Assembly: GCA_002292815.1 (NCBI GenBank)
Contig: DBBX01000018.1
Span: 61,209 to 125,208, forward strand
Source: Thiotrichaceae bacterium UBA973
GTDB lineage: Bacteria > Pseudomonadota > Gammaproteobacteria > Eutrophobiales > Eutrophobiaceae
Length of the DNA stretch: 64,000 nucleotides
Direction of reading: 5' to 3'
Below, piece after piece: positions 28,197 through 38,047 of this stretch. Position 1 is the stretch's first letter. Every line of letters starts with the position of its first letter. The position numbers and the translations under genes are program-made. The notes under the pieces were generated by a model. It ran no database searches, had not been told where the DNA came from, and saw only the letters and a list, made by a program, of their open reading frames with translations.

Positions 28197-29123
28197 ATGT
28201 TTAGATTGTTAAAAAGTAGTCTATTAGTACTCTTTTGTGTCAGCATTTTGGTAGCTTGTGGTGACAATGATGTGCCAAAGGAAAAAGGAACAGCGACTGC
28301 TATGCAAGAAACCGCAGTTCAGTTGCCTGCCGAAACACCGGATCTATCAGTTGTAGAGCTTGTTGAGGAAGCGTCGACAGAGACAGAAATGGTAGAAACG
28401 GAGATAACGTTTCTGCCAAATCATGTCGTCTATCAAGAAGAGATTTATAAGAATTGGCCTTACACGGAAGCACCTGCTGCAAACGGGTCTGATGAAGCGA
28501 TACAAAATGCAACGGACGCAATTGCTGAAGCAAAGGCTGCTGCAGAAGTGAAAGCCGCTGAAGCAAAAGCTGCTGCAGAAGTAAAAGCCGCTGAAGCAAG
28601 GGCTGCTGCAGAAGCGAAAGCCGCTGAAGCAAGGGCTGCTGCAGAAGCGAAAGCCGCTGAAGCAAAAGCTGCTGCCGAAGCGAAAGCCGCTGAAGCAAAA
28701 GCAGTTGCAGAAGCGAAGATCGCTGAAGCAAAGGCTGCTGCGAAAATTACAGCCACAGGAGATGCTAGTACAACAGCGACGGCAACTACCGGTGATAAAC
28801 CTTATCAAGTTGTCGATGGCAAAATCAGCGCCAATGCTATGGAGGGTTGGAAAACCTACAATGGTGGTGGTTGTGGTGCTTGCCATGGTAAAGGGGGTAT
28901 CGGTGCTGTTGGCCCTAATCTAGCTCAAAGTCTTACGACGAAACTAAGCAAAGCAGACTTTGTTAACATCGTTACCAATGGTAAGTCCGGCACAATGATG
29001 AGACCACATAAGACGAATAAACGTGTTATGTCTAACTTGGATAATCTATATGCCTATTTGTTAGCACGCGGTGATGGCGTACTGGGTCCCGAAAATCTAA
29101 TCAAATCTCCACTAGGCAAGTAA
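28197..29123 (+). CDS. lipoprotein with hendecad Ala/Glu/Lys repeat linker and C-terminal class I cytochrome c domain
   Basis: Lipobox LVAC; 6.7 copies of AEAKAAAEVKA; heme-binding CGACH (CxxCH) plus a downstream Met ligand region (GTMMRPH). Confidence 0.75.
   Translation: MFRLLKSSLLVLFCVSILVACGDNDVPKEKGTATAMQETAVQLPAETPDLSVVELVEEASTETEMVETEITFLPNHVVYQEEIYKNWPYTEAPAANGSDEAIQNATDAIAEAKAAAEVKAAEAKAAAEVKAAEARAAAEAKAAEARAAAEAKAAEAKAAAEAKAAEAKAVAEAKIAEAKAAAKITATGDASTTATATTGDKPYQVVDGKISANAMEGWKTYNGGGCGACHGKGGIGAVGPNLAQSLTTKLSKADFVNIVTNGKSGTMMRPHKTNKRVMSNLDNLYAYLLARGDGVLGPENLIKSPLGK
28524..28744 (+). repeat. 33-bp tandem repeat, about 6.7 copies (encodes an 11-aa AEAKAAAEVKA hendecad)
   Basis: Directly visible periodicity gctgaagcaaaRgctgctgcagaagYgaaagcc; also generates spurious antisense ORFs 28300-28886. 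Confidence 0.85.
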
Positions 29124-29138
29124 TAGTATTTAGTCTAT

Positions 29139-29176
29139 TGACCCTTCTATCAATATAGAAGGGTCATATTTTTTCT
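29139..29176 (+). terminator. rho-independent terminator after the cytochrome c lipoprotein gene
   Basis: 11-bp stem tgacccttcta/tagaagggtca with a 6-nt loop followed by tattttttc. Confidence 0.75.
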
Positions 29177-29262
29177 AACAAGCTTGCCATCGTTCTTTGT
29201 AATTCCGAACTTGAAACCGGCTTGTGTAATAATCTTTCCTTGTTCAATATAGATCTCACATA

Positions 29263-29790
29263 ATGACTATTAGAAAATACAAAGACATTTCTCCAGACAT
29301 TCACGCAACTGCTTATATTGATGAATCAGCAGTCGTCATCGGTGATGTCATGATTGGCCAAGATAGCTCAGTCTGGCCGATGTCCGTTATTCGCGGCGAT
29401 GTCAATTCAATCACGATCGGTGCGCGTAGCAATATTCAGGACGGTTCGATCCTGCATGAATCGCATACCAGCGAATTCTTTCCCGGTTATCCGCTCGTGG
29501 TTGGTGATGATGTTACCGTCGGTCATAAAGCGATCTTGCATGCGTGCACTGTGGGCAATATGTGTTTGGTTGGTATGTCAGCCACGGTCATGGACGGTGC
29601 GGTTTTAGGCGACTACGTGATTATCGGTGCGGGTAGTCTAGTGCCACCTGGCAAACAACTTGAATCAGGCTTTTTGTATGTTGGTAGCCCGGTTAAACGC
29701 GTTCGTGAACTAAACGAAAAAGAACGTGCCTTCCTCGAATACTCTGCGAAACATTACGCGAAATTAAAAGATCAACATAAAGCGTCATAA
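29263..29790 (+). CDS. gamma-class carbonic anhydrase family protein (hexapeptide-repeat, YrdA/CaiE-like)
   Basis: Left-handed beta-helix hexapeptide repeats; His ligands in ...DGSILHESH... and ...VGHKAILH... Confidence 0.85.
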   Translation: MTIRKYKDISPDIHATAYIDESAVVIGDVMIGQDSSVWPMSVIRGDVNSITIGARSNIQDGSILHESHTSEFFPGYPLVVGDDVTVGHKAILHACTVGNMCLVGMSATVMDGAVLGDYVIIGAGSLVPPGKQLESGFLYVGSPVKRVRELNEKERAFLEYSAKHYAKLKDQHKAS

Positions 29791-30081
29791 AGAAAACTAT
29801 GTTTTTATGAATATTCTGCGAGACCTTATTCATTTCCAATAAACACCTATTAAGAATAGTCTTAGTCATCAAAATTACAGGTGGTAGAAAGTCTGAATTC
29901 TTCCAACATAAGTATCAGAATTAAGCCATCATCTAATTTATCCATACCTTAAAAACGCTTTTTTGAGCTGTTTTTGATATAAATCAAAGTCAAATTGAAA
30001 TTAGTAATCACAATCGTATTAGACGGTTTGTGGAGGTCATTTTCTAACATTGCAATCGTCAATATTAAAGAGGAAATGTTT

Positions 30082-30756
30082 ATGCGTAACATAATTAGTG
30101 TTTTTGGTCGTTCACCCTTCGTGCCCTTGCAAATGCACATGGAAAAAGTTGTCGAATGTGTAGAGCAAATTCCGGTAATCATAGAGCTATACAGGCAAGG
30201 CGATAGTAAAAAAGTTGAATCCGCCGCCGCCAACATATCAAAACTGGAACATCAAGCGGATCAAATCAAACACGAGATACGTAATAGTTTACCGCGTGGA
30301 TTGTTTATGCCTGTGGATCGTAGCAAGCTCCTGAAAATACTTGCTCTTCAAGATGGTATTGCCAATCGCGCCGAAAATGCGGCGGTTTTACTTACCTTCA
30401 AGCAAGCTAAGACGGTTGCCGGCTTTGATGCTGCATTTGATCACTTTATGGGTAAATGCCTCGAAACATTTAATCTGTCTCGAAAAATTATTGGACTTCT
30501 GGATGAATTACTGGAAACGGGATTTGGTGGTCTTGAAGCAGATAAAGTCCATGAATTGATCGACGATGTTGGCCTGAAGGAACACGAGGCAGATGTTAGT
30601 CAGAAGGAATTACTCAGATTATTACTTGCCCATGAAGATAGCATCTCGTATGGCGATTTTTTCCTGTGGACTCGTGTAATACAACAAGTCAGCAGTATTG
30701 CTGATCGATCAGATAAATTGGCAGCGACAATAAGAAATACCCTTGAATCCAAATAG
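30082..30756 (+). CDS. DUF47 (TIGR00153) PhoU-like protein paired with the PiT transporter
   Basis: Typical DUF47 N-terminus (ISVFGRSPF); start at the ATG at 30082, 7 nt after the AAAGAGGA RBS; immediately upstream of pit. Confidence 0.75.
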   Translation: MRNIISVFGRSPFVPLQMHMEKVVECVEQIPVIIELYRQGDSKKVESAAANISKLEHQADQIKHEIRNSLPRGLFMPVDRSKLLKILALQDGIANRAENAAVLLTFKQAKTVAGFDAAFDHFMGKCLETFNLSRKIIGLLDELLETGFGGLEADKVHELIDDVGLKEHEADVSQKELLRLLLAHEDSISYGDFFLWTRVIQQVSSIADRSDKLAATIRNTLESK

Positions 30757-30791
30757 ACTTGTTTTTGACATAATTTAAAGAGATTAATTAA

Positions 30792-32225
30792 ATGGAAACA
30801 TACCTATACGTAATTATAGCTCTAGCAATTATATTCGGCCTTTATATGGCATGGGGCATCGGTGCCAATGATGTTGCCAATGCCATGGGCACTTCGGTGG
30901 GTTCTGGAGCGCTTACCTTGCGCCGCGCTGTCATCCTCGCCGCGATTCTGGAATTCAGCGGCGCATTTTTAGCGGGTACCCATGTCTCGGAGACGGTTAG
31001 AAAGGGTATTGTTGACCCGGCGATATTCGCCAATGATGGTCTGTCCTTTATGCTAGGTATGCTTTCGGCATTACTAGCAGCCGGAGTATGGTTACAAATA
31101 GCATCTTGGAAAGGTTGGCCGGTCTCAACGACACATTCCATTGTCGGCTCGGTTGTTGGTTTTGGTGCAGTCTATGGTGGTATTAGTGCCGTGCACTGGG
31201 ATAAAGTGGGTCAGATCGCGGCTAGCTGGATAGTTTCACCACTACTGAGCGCAACAATCTCCTATTTTATTTTCACCTTCATTCTACGAGCTATCTTTTA
31301 CGACGCCAGACCGCTTAGGTCGGCAAAGAAGATAGCGCCCTACCTGGTCTTTGTTGTTATCACGATGTTGTCATTGACGATGGCATTTAAGGGATTGAAA
31401 AACCTTAAGCTTGATTTGAGTTTGCCCGCTGCGTATGGTGTTGCTTCCTGTGTTGGTCTTGTTGCCGCGATTATAAGTGTCTGGCTAATTTCGAAGATAA
31501 ACTCCAAGGAAACTGCTACTGATGTTGAAGAAAGAGTGACCGACCCTAATGTTATTAAGTCCCTGGAAAAGGCGACGAAGCACTTAGAGAAAGTAAAGGC
31601 ATCAGCACCAGGCCATATGAAGGACGATATCACTGAAACATTAGAAGAAGTCAGACGGTTACAGTGGGAATCACAGCGTAATTATGATTTTCATACCAAC
31701 AGTGCCGAGTATCAGCAGGTTGAGAAACTGTTTGTTTATCTACAAATATTGAGTGCTTGTTTCGTTGCCTTTGCTCATGGTGCAAACGATGTTGCTAATG
31801 CTATTGGTCCTATGTCTGCAGTGTTGTCGGTAGCGATGGCCGGTGGAGACAGTATTGCTGCCAAGTCACCAGTACCTCTATGGGTATTGGCTTTGGGTGG
31901 GCTTGGTATTGTTGTTGGTTTGGCAACCTGGGGCTGGCGAGTGATGGAAACCATTGGCAGGAAGATTACACATCTGACACCTACTCGTGGCTTTAGTGCA
32001 GAATTTGGTGCAGCAACAACAATAGTTATAGCGACCAAGTTAGGTTTACCTATTTCCACAACCCATACGCTTGTTGGTGCCGTACTAGGTGTTGGACTTG
32101 CGCGTGGTATCGGTGCAGTCAACATGGGTACTGTCAGAGATGTTGTTGTTTCTTGGGTTATTACCATCCCGGCTGGTGCTGTGTTAGCAATATTTTTCTT
32201 TTATGCATTAAGAATGTTCTTCTGA
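30792..32225 (+). CDS. pit: inorganic phosphate transporter, PiT family
   Basis: Duplicated GANDVANA motifs at 24-31 and ~340, 477 aa polytopic membrane protein. Confidence 0.9.
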   Translation: METYLYVIIALAIIFGLYMAWGIGANDVANAMGTSVGSGALTLRRAVILAAILEFSGAFLAGTHVSETVRKGIVDPAIFANDGLSFMLGMLSALLAAGVWLQIASWKGWPVSTTHSIVGSVVGFGAVYGGISAVHWDKVGQIAASWIVSPLLSATISYFIFTFILRAIFYDARPLRSAKKIAPYLVFVVITMLSLTMAFKGLKNLKLDLSLPAAYGVASCVGLVAAIISVWLISKINSKETATDVEERVTDPNVIKSLEKATKHLEKVKASAPGHMKDDITETLEEVRRLQWESQRNYDFHTNSAEYQQVEKLFVYLQILSACFVAFAHGANDVANAIGPMSAVLSVAMAGGDSIAAKSPVPLWVLALGGLGIVVGLATWGWRVMETIGRKITHLTPTRGFSAEFGAATTIVIATKLGLPISTTHTLVGAVLGVGLARGIGAVNMGTVRDVVVSWVITIPAGAVLAIFFFYALRMFF

Positions 32226-32293
32226 ATCGCAATGATGAAATCTAGCTTGGGAAATTAAAGGCAATAAAATGACACCATTAATGTTGGTTTACA

Positions 32294-34096
32294 ATGTTTA
32301 AAAAAATAATATTACCATCAATATTTATCATCCTTGCTTACGGTTTTTGGATCAGTCCTGATTTCAAACAAATCGCTGCAGGCGTGGCAATATTTTTATT
32401 TGGTATGTTGTCACTCGAACAGGGGTTCAGGGCATTTACCGGCGGCGCTCTTGAAAAGATACTGCGACATACGACCGGATCGTTATGGAAGAGTTTGGGT
32501 CTTGGTGTCATGTCCACAACAATTCTCCAGTCAAGTTCTCTTGTCACGGTTATTACTATTTCATTTCTAAGTGCGGGTCTGATTGGATTAGCAGCAGGCA
32601 TAGGTATTATTTTTGGGGCAAACCTCGGCACAACCACTGGCGCTTGGCTAGTCGCCGGGTTTGGTTTGAAAGTAAAGATATCTGCTTATGCTATGCCGAT
32701 GTTGGTCTTTGGGGTCTTGTTGATCTTTCAAAAGTCGAAGGCATTGAATGGTATCGGTTATATTTTGGCAGGTCTTGGATTCTTGTTCCTTGGAATTCAT
32801 TATATGAAAGAGGGCTTCGAAGCTTTTAAGGACACAATCGATCTTTCTGCATTCTCCATTCCTGGTTATCGAGGTTTGTTCATCTATACCGGTATCGGAA
32901 TCTTCGCGACTGTTGTCATGCAATCAAGTCACGCAACGCTGGTTTTAATCATTACCGCCTTGGCTGCACAACAGATCTCGTATGAGAATGGGTTAGCGCT
33001 CGCCATTGGCGCTAATGTCGGCACCACCATTACCGCCATCCTTGGTTCATTGAGTGCCAACATACAAGGTAAGAGACTTGCCGGGGCACACATGATTTTT
33101 AATCTTGCTACAGGGTTTATCGCGATATTATTTATTCACCAGTTTGTACAAATTGTAGATGTTGTGAGTGCTTATGTTGGGATTGCCGATGATGATTACA
33201 CACTGAAACTTGCCGTGTTCCATACCATCTTTAACCTAGTTGGTATTATCGTCATGATCCCTTTTATCAACATGATGGTCGCTTGGCTTGAAACAACATT
33301 TAAGGAAAAGGAAGCGCCAGTAGAGCAAGCCAAGTTTCTAACTGACTCAGCGCTAGAGTTTGCAGACACAGCTGTAGAAGCCGTGCGCATGGAAACACTT
33401 CATCTCTATGATAATGCCATTGAAATAATTGCGAACACTATCGGTTTCAGTAAATCGGAAATTGGTTCAGACGCAGATCTGAAACAACTACTCAATTCAA
33501 GAAAGAAAATGCCAGAAGTAGATGTCGAAGCAAGATATGACAAGAATATAAAAGGCATCTACAGCGCAATTATCGCTTTTATTAGTCAAGTCCGATTTAA
33601 CTGGCAGCTTGAGCAATCAGCCGATTTACACTGGCTGCGCAGGGCGAATAGAAATATTGTTGAAGCTATTAAATCAACCAAACATCTACAAAAGAATTTG
33701 TTGTCGTTTAGTCAATCTTATAATCAACATGCCTCTGGAGAATATCAAAACATCAGGTTAAATCTCGCTATATTACTCAGAGAATTAGAAGACATCAGAC
33801 ATGAACCAGATCCCGATATCAAGATCCTTTCCATGGACGAAATCAAGATTTCCATGGGTGAAGCTGATGATAAACAAAATAATGCGATCGATGAGCTTAT
33901 TCGGAGTGGCAAGATAGTTCCGGAGACAGGGACATCATTGATTAATGACAGCGCTTACCTATTAGATATTAAAAGCAACCTGATACAATTCTTTGAAACA
34001 CTTTTTGTTGCGCAAGAACGCGAAATTACTAAAGCAGAGCGCAAGCTGGTACTTGATGATGATGAGATGACCGAGATTCGTAGTGCAAATGAATAA
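32294..34096 (+). CDS. Na/Pi-cotransporter family protein with C-terminal PhoU-like domain (YjbB-like)
   Basis: Two QSSS-type repeats characteristic of NptA/PF02690 (LQSSSLVTVI and MQSSHATLVL) plus a soluble helical C-terminal PhoU-like region. Confidence 0.8.
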   Translation: MFKKIILPSIFIILAYGFWISPDFKQIAAGVAIFLFGMLSLEQGFRAFTGGALEKILRHTTGSLWKSLGLGVMSTTILQSSSLVTVITISFLSAGLIGLAAGIGIIFGANLGTTTGAWLVAGFGLKVKISAYAMPMLVFGVLLIFQKSKALNGIGYILAGLGFLFLGIHYMKEGFEAFKDTIDLSAFSIPGYRGLFIYTGIGIFATVVMQSSHATLVLIITALAAQQISYENGLALAIGANVGTTITAILGSLSANIQGKRLAGAHMIFNLATGFIAILFIHQFVQIVDVVSAYVGIADDDYTLKLAVFHTIFNLVGIIVMIPFINMMVAWLETTFKEKEAPVEQAKFLTDSALEFADTAVEAVRMETLHLYDNAIEIIANTIGFSKSEIGSDADLKQLLNSRKKMPEVDVEARYDKNIKGIYSAIIAFISQVRFNWQLEQSADLHWLRRANRNIVEAIKSTKHLQKNLLSFSQSYNQHASGEYQNIRLNLAILLRELEDIRHEPDPDIKILSMDEIKISMGEADDKQNNAIDELIRSGKIVPETGTSLINDSAYLLDIKSNLIQFFETLFVAQEREITKAERKLVLDDDEMTEIRSANE

Positions 34097-34137
34097 CTTA
34101 CTGTGAGTAGCAATTTAATACATTTAAGGCCAAGACT

Positions 34138-34377
34138 ATGAAACAAAAAAAACTATTAGAAAAGCTAAAAGATTTTTTTGATTCAGATGCAAGGGAAAGA
34201 AATAAACATAAATCTGATATCAAAGATGTTCTCAAAAAACTGAAAAAAAAAGAACGACAACTTAAAGAGAAATTGGGAAAAGAAATTGATGAAGAAAAAC
34301 GCAACCGCATCCAACAAAAAATAGACGTTGTTTACGCACAACGTAAAAAAGGCATTAAATTAATTCAAGAGCCGTAA
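34138..34377 (+). CDS. hypothetical small Lys/Glu-rich coiled-coil protein (79 aa)
   Basis: ORF with an AAGG RBS-like sequence 10 nt upstream; extreme K/E content; could equally be non-coding. Confidence 0.35.
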   Translation: MKQKKLLEKLKDFFDSDARERNKHKSDIKDVLKKLKKKERQLKEKLGKEIDEEKRNRIQQKIDVVYAQRKKGIKLIQEP

Positions 34378-34523
34378 TGGAAAGTATTTTTTAGATTGCC
34401 GTTTGATGATCTATATCCAATTATTCTGGATAAACCATCATCTACAATGCTGCTCTCGTATCTGATTTAAAAATTCGTTATTATGCGACGCTTTTTGAAT
34501 AATACGTTTGAGGTGTAAGGGTA

Positions 34524-35366
34524 ATGTCATTGGATGAAAACTGGTTCTCAGAACCAGCTCAGGGTCATGCTCTGTCGCTGGATATAAACCAGAAGCTGTA
34601 TGAAGAAAAATCCCCTCACCAAACTATAACGATCTATGAGACCAAGACCTTTGGTCGTTTGATGACCTTAGATGGATTAACCATGTTGACGTCGCGTGAT
34701 AATTTCATCTATCACGAGATGATGTCGCACCCTGCTTTGTATAACCATCCCAACCCTAAAGATGTGGCCATTGTCGGTGGTGGTGATTGCGGCACCTTAA
34801 AAGAAGTATTGAAACATGAGACAGTAAAAGAAGTTACACAGATCGAACTAGATGAACGTGTAACCCGTGTTTCCGAACAATATTTTCCTGAGCTATGTGA
34901 GAGTAATAGCGACCCGCGTGCATCATTAGTATTTGAAGATGCCATAAGTTGGATACAAGGTGTAGAACCGGATTCGCTAGATGTGGTTATTATCGATATT
35001 TCTGACCCAGCTGGACAAGCAAAACGCTTATTTCAGGTACCCTTTTATCGGGATTGTTTAAATGCTTTGCGCAAAGGTGGAATAGTTGTCGCACAAAGTA
35101 AATCGCCATTATTAGATCTACAGGTCATCATCGACTTGCGAGCTGACATGCAAAAGGCAGATTATGTACAAATTCAGACGATTCAGTTTCCGGTCGCAAC
35201 CTACCCATCCGGTTGGTGGACTGCAACTATGGCGCGAAAAGGGCAGAAATTCGGTGATTTTCGCGAGCAGATGGCAAGGCACAAGCCATTTGATACCAAG
35301 TATTACAACGCCGACATCCATAAAGCTTGTTCAGCCCTGCCTCAATTCATGCAGGATGCCTTCTAA
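34524..35366 (+). CDS. speE: polyamine aminopropyltransferase (spermidine synthase)
   Basis: VAIVGGGDCGTLKEVLKH and DVVIIDISDP motifs of SpeE; 280 aa. Confidence 0.85.
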   Translation: MSLDENWFSEPAQGHALSLDINQKLYEEKSPHQTITIYETKTFGRLMTLDGLTMLTSRDNFIYHEMMSHPALYNHPNPKDVAIVGGGDCGTLKEVLKHETVKEVTQIELDERVTRVSEQYFPELCESNSDPRASLVFEDAISWIQGVEPDSLDVVIIDISDPAGQAKRLFQVPFYRDCLNALRKGGIVVAQSKSPLLDLQVIIDLRADMQKADYVQIQTIQFPVATYPSGWWTATMARKGQKFGDFREQMARHKPFDTKYYNADIHKACSALPQFMQDAF

Positions 35367-35428
35367 GGCCAATTATTTCCCTAGCTAGACTTACATTATT
35401 GTAGGCAATCGCTACAATAAGCGCCCTT

Positions 35429-37324
35429 ATGTCTACACATGCTGAAAAGTTCGACGTCATCATTGTTGGTGGTGGTCATGCTGGCACTGAAGCTGCTATG
35501 GCGGCTGCTCGGATGGGTGCGCGTACTTTATTGCTTACACACAGTGTAGAAACGCTCGGACAGATGTCCTGTAATCCGGCGATAGGCGGTATTGGCAAGG
35601 GTCATTTGGTTAAAGAGATAGATGCCATGGGTGGTCTAATGGCTGCTGCTGCTGACCAAAGCGGTATCCAGTTTCGTATTTTGAATTCTCGTAAGGGACC
35701 GGCTGTAAGGGCTACGCGCGCACAGATAGATCGTTCTCTATACAGGCAGGTTGTTCGACCTGCACTCGAAAATCAGAAAAACCTATTTATATTTCAACAA
35801 GCAGTAGATGACCTCATTGTGGAAGGTGAGCAGGTTCGTGGTGTAGTTACTCAAGCCGGACTGAAGTTTATGGCGCCAACAGTGGTGTTGACCGTGGGGA
35901 CGTTTTTAGGCGGCAAAATTCATATTGGTGATAGCAACCATGCGGGTGGTAGGGCAGGTGACCCACCTTCAATTGCTTTGGCGGATCGACTACGTGAATT
36001 ACCTTTTAATGTTGGGCGGCTGAAGACTGGAACGCCACCACGTATCGATGGCAGGACGATCGATTATAGTCAGTTGCAAGCGCAACCGGGCGATGATCCT
36101 GTGCCTGTATTTTCATATAGTGGTAATGTCGACCAACACCCAGAGCAGGTGTCTTGCCATATCACTTATACCAACGAACAAACCCACGACATTATTCGCG
36201 GTGCTTTGGATCGTTCGCCAATGTATAACGGCAATATAGAAGGTACCGGGCCACGTTATTGCCCCTCGGTTGAAGACAAGGTTATGCGTTTTGCCGATAA
36301 AGATGCACATCAAATCTTTATTGAACCAGAAGGATTGACTAGTAATGAGGTCTACCCGAATGGTATTTCGACATCATTGCCATACGACGCACAGATTGGT
36401 TTGGTGCGTTCGATAAAAGGTTTTGAAAATGCGCATATCACCCGGCCAGGTTATGCGATTGAATATGATTTCTTTGACCCACGTGAATTGTCTCCCTGGT
36501 TAGAGACACGTTTTATTAAAGGTTTATTTTTTGCTGGGCAGATCAATGGTACGACTGGATATGAAGAGGCGGCAGCGCAAGGTTTATTAGCCGGATTAAA
36601 TGCAGCGCTCCGAACGCAAGATCAAGAACCGTGGTTTCCACGTCGTGATGAGGCTTATTTAGGCGTATTAGTTGATGACTTGGTTACCATGGGTACGACC
36701 GAACCTTATCGGATGTTTACCAGCCGTGCAGAATATCGACTGATGCTACGAGAAGATAATGCCGATCTACGTTTAACAGAAAAGGCGCATGGATTAGGGC
36801 TCATTGATGACAATCGCTGGCGATTGTTTTCTGAAAAACGTCATGCGATTACAGCAGAATCGGAACGGCTGGAAAAAATCTGGGTCGGTTCACCAGCACT
36901 TGCACTTGAAGACACTGAGCGTCTACTTGGTCAATCATTGCGCAAGGATATAAACCTGCTACAGCTCTTGAAGAGACCAGAGATTACTTATGCTGACATT
37001 GCCAAGTTACCGAATATTGCTGTCGATGGGATTGATCCGAAGGTGTCAGAACAAGTCGAGATACAAGTGAAGTATTCCGGTTACATCCAGCGGCAAGAAG
37101 AAGAAATTGATCGTAATCGCCGTCATGAGGAATCTGAATTACCTGATGATATTGATTATCAGGAGGTTAGAGGTTTATCGTCCGAGGTCATTGAAAAATT
37201 ATCTAAACATCGGCCAATCAATTTGGGACAGGCTTCTCGTATCCAAGGCATAACACCTGCGGCAATTTCTTTACTGCGTGTACATCTGAAGAAGCAATCG
37301 CTGTTATTGCAGAAAAGTGCCTGA
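35429..37324 (+). CDS. mnmG: tRNA uridine-5-carboxymethylaminomethyl modification enzyme MnmG (GidA)
   Basis: 631 aa, FAD-binding [15 protein letters not shown], highly conserved throughout. Confidence 0.97.
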   Translation: MSTHAEKFDVIIVGGGHAGTEAAMAAARMGARTLLLTHSVETLGQMSCNPAIGGIGKGHLVKEIDAMGGLMAAAADQSGIQFRILNSRKGPAVRATRAQIDRSLYRQVVRPALENQKNLFIFQQAVDDLIVEGEQVRGVVTQAGLKFMAPTVVLTVGTFLGGKIHIGDSNHAGGRAGDPPSIALADRLRELPFNVGRLKTGTPPRIDGRTIDYSQLQAQPGDDPVPVFSYSGNVDQHPEQVSCHITYTNEQTHDIIRGALDRSPMYNGNIEGTGPRYCPSVEDKVMRFADKDAHQIFIEPEGLTSNEVYPNGISTSLPYDAQIGLVRSIKGFENAHITRPGYAIEYDFFDPRELSPWLETRFIKGLFFAGQINGTTGYEEAAAQGLLAGLNAALRTQDQEPWFPRRDEAYLGVLVDDLVTMGTTEPYRMFTSRAEYRLMLREDNADLRLTEKAHGLGLIDDNRWRLFSEKRHAITAESERLEKIWVGSPALALEDTERLLGQSLRKDINLLQLLKRPEITYADIAKLPNIAVDGIDPKVSEQVEIQVKYSGYIQRQEEEIDRNRRHEESELPDDIDYQEVRGLSSEVIEKLSKHRPINLGQASRIQGITPAAISLLRVHLKKQSLLLQKSA

Positions 37325-37341
37325 GCCTTTGGGCATTCTGA

Positions 37342-37962
37342 ATGCTAGAGGCGTTACAAGCAGGTCTTGATAGGCTAGATATTAAAGCTGAGCAGCCATT
37401 ATGCGACGCCTATCTAAGATATATTGAGTTACTCGTAAAATGGAATACTGCCTATAACTTAACCGCTGTAAAAGAACCGGAGGCAATGTTAAATCGCCAT
37501 GTTCTTGATTCTTTATCAGTTCACTCGTTTGTTGAAGGTAAGCACTGTCTGGATATTGGTACCGGTGCGGGCTTACCAGGAATGATATTGGCAATGGCGC
37601 AGCCAGAAAAGCACTGGACGCTACTGGATAGTAATCAGAAAAAGCTCCGGTTCCTGAGGCACGTTATCGTTGATCTCAATATCAATAATGTTGAGCTGGT
37701 TCATGGCCGTATCGAGGCATTTAAACCTTCGAAAGAATTCGACACAATAATCTGTCGTGCCTTTGCACCGTTGCTGCGGATGTTAGAACAGACTCAACAT
37801 TTACTGACAGCAGGGAATCAGTTGTTGGCGATGAAAGGGAGGCAGGTAGAAGCTGAGATTGACGAGCTAGGGAACCATGAATTTGTGATTAAGCTTAATG
37901 ACTTAGCGCATTCGGGTGATGAAACCTCGGCAAAACTGGTTCAAATAAGGCGAACAGCGTAA
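37342..37962 (+). CDS. rsmG: 16S rRNA (guanine527-N7)-methyltransferase RsmG (GidB)
   Basis: 206 aa, DIGTGAGLPG SAM motif; immediately downstream of mnmG. Confidence 0.9.
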   Translation: MLEALQAGLDRLDIKAEQPLCDAYLRYIELLVKWNTAYNLTAVKEPEAMLNRHVLDSLSVHSFVEGKHCLDIGTGAGLPGMILAMAQPEKHWTLLDSNQKKLRFLRHVIVDLNINNVELVHGRIEAFKPSKEFDTIICRAFAPLLRMLEQTQHLLTAGNQLLAMKGRQVEAEIDELGNHEFVIKLNDLAHSGDETSAKLVQIRRTA

Positions 37963-38047
37963 ATTTTTAGCTTATGGCAGCTGGGTTTCAGTATGCTAAA
38001 GTACAGTCATCAAAAATAATTAGATATCACGGTAAAACACGAATTTA

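Noticed and set aside
28300-28886. Three minus-strand ORFs (98-179 aa) across the lipoprotein repeat region
   Set aside because: They are low-complexity mirror-image translations of the 33-bp sense-strand repeat; no RBS, no plausible protein chemistry.
29791-30075. Pho box upstream of the DUF47-pit operon
   Set aside because: The best candidate (TTAGTCATCAAAATTACAGG) has 2 or more mismatches per CTGTCAT half-site; not convincing without a matrix scan.
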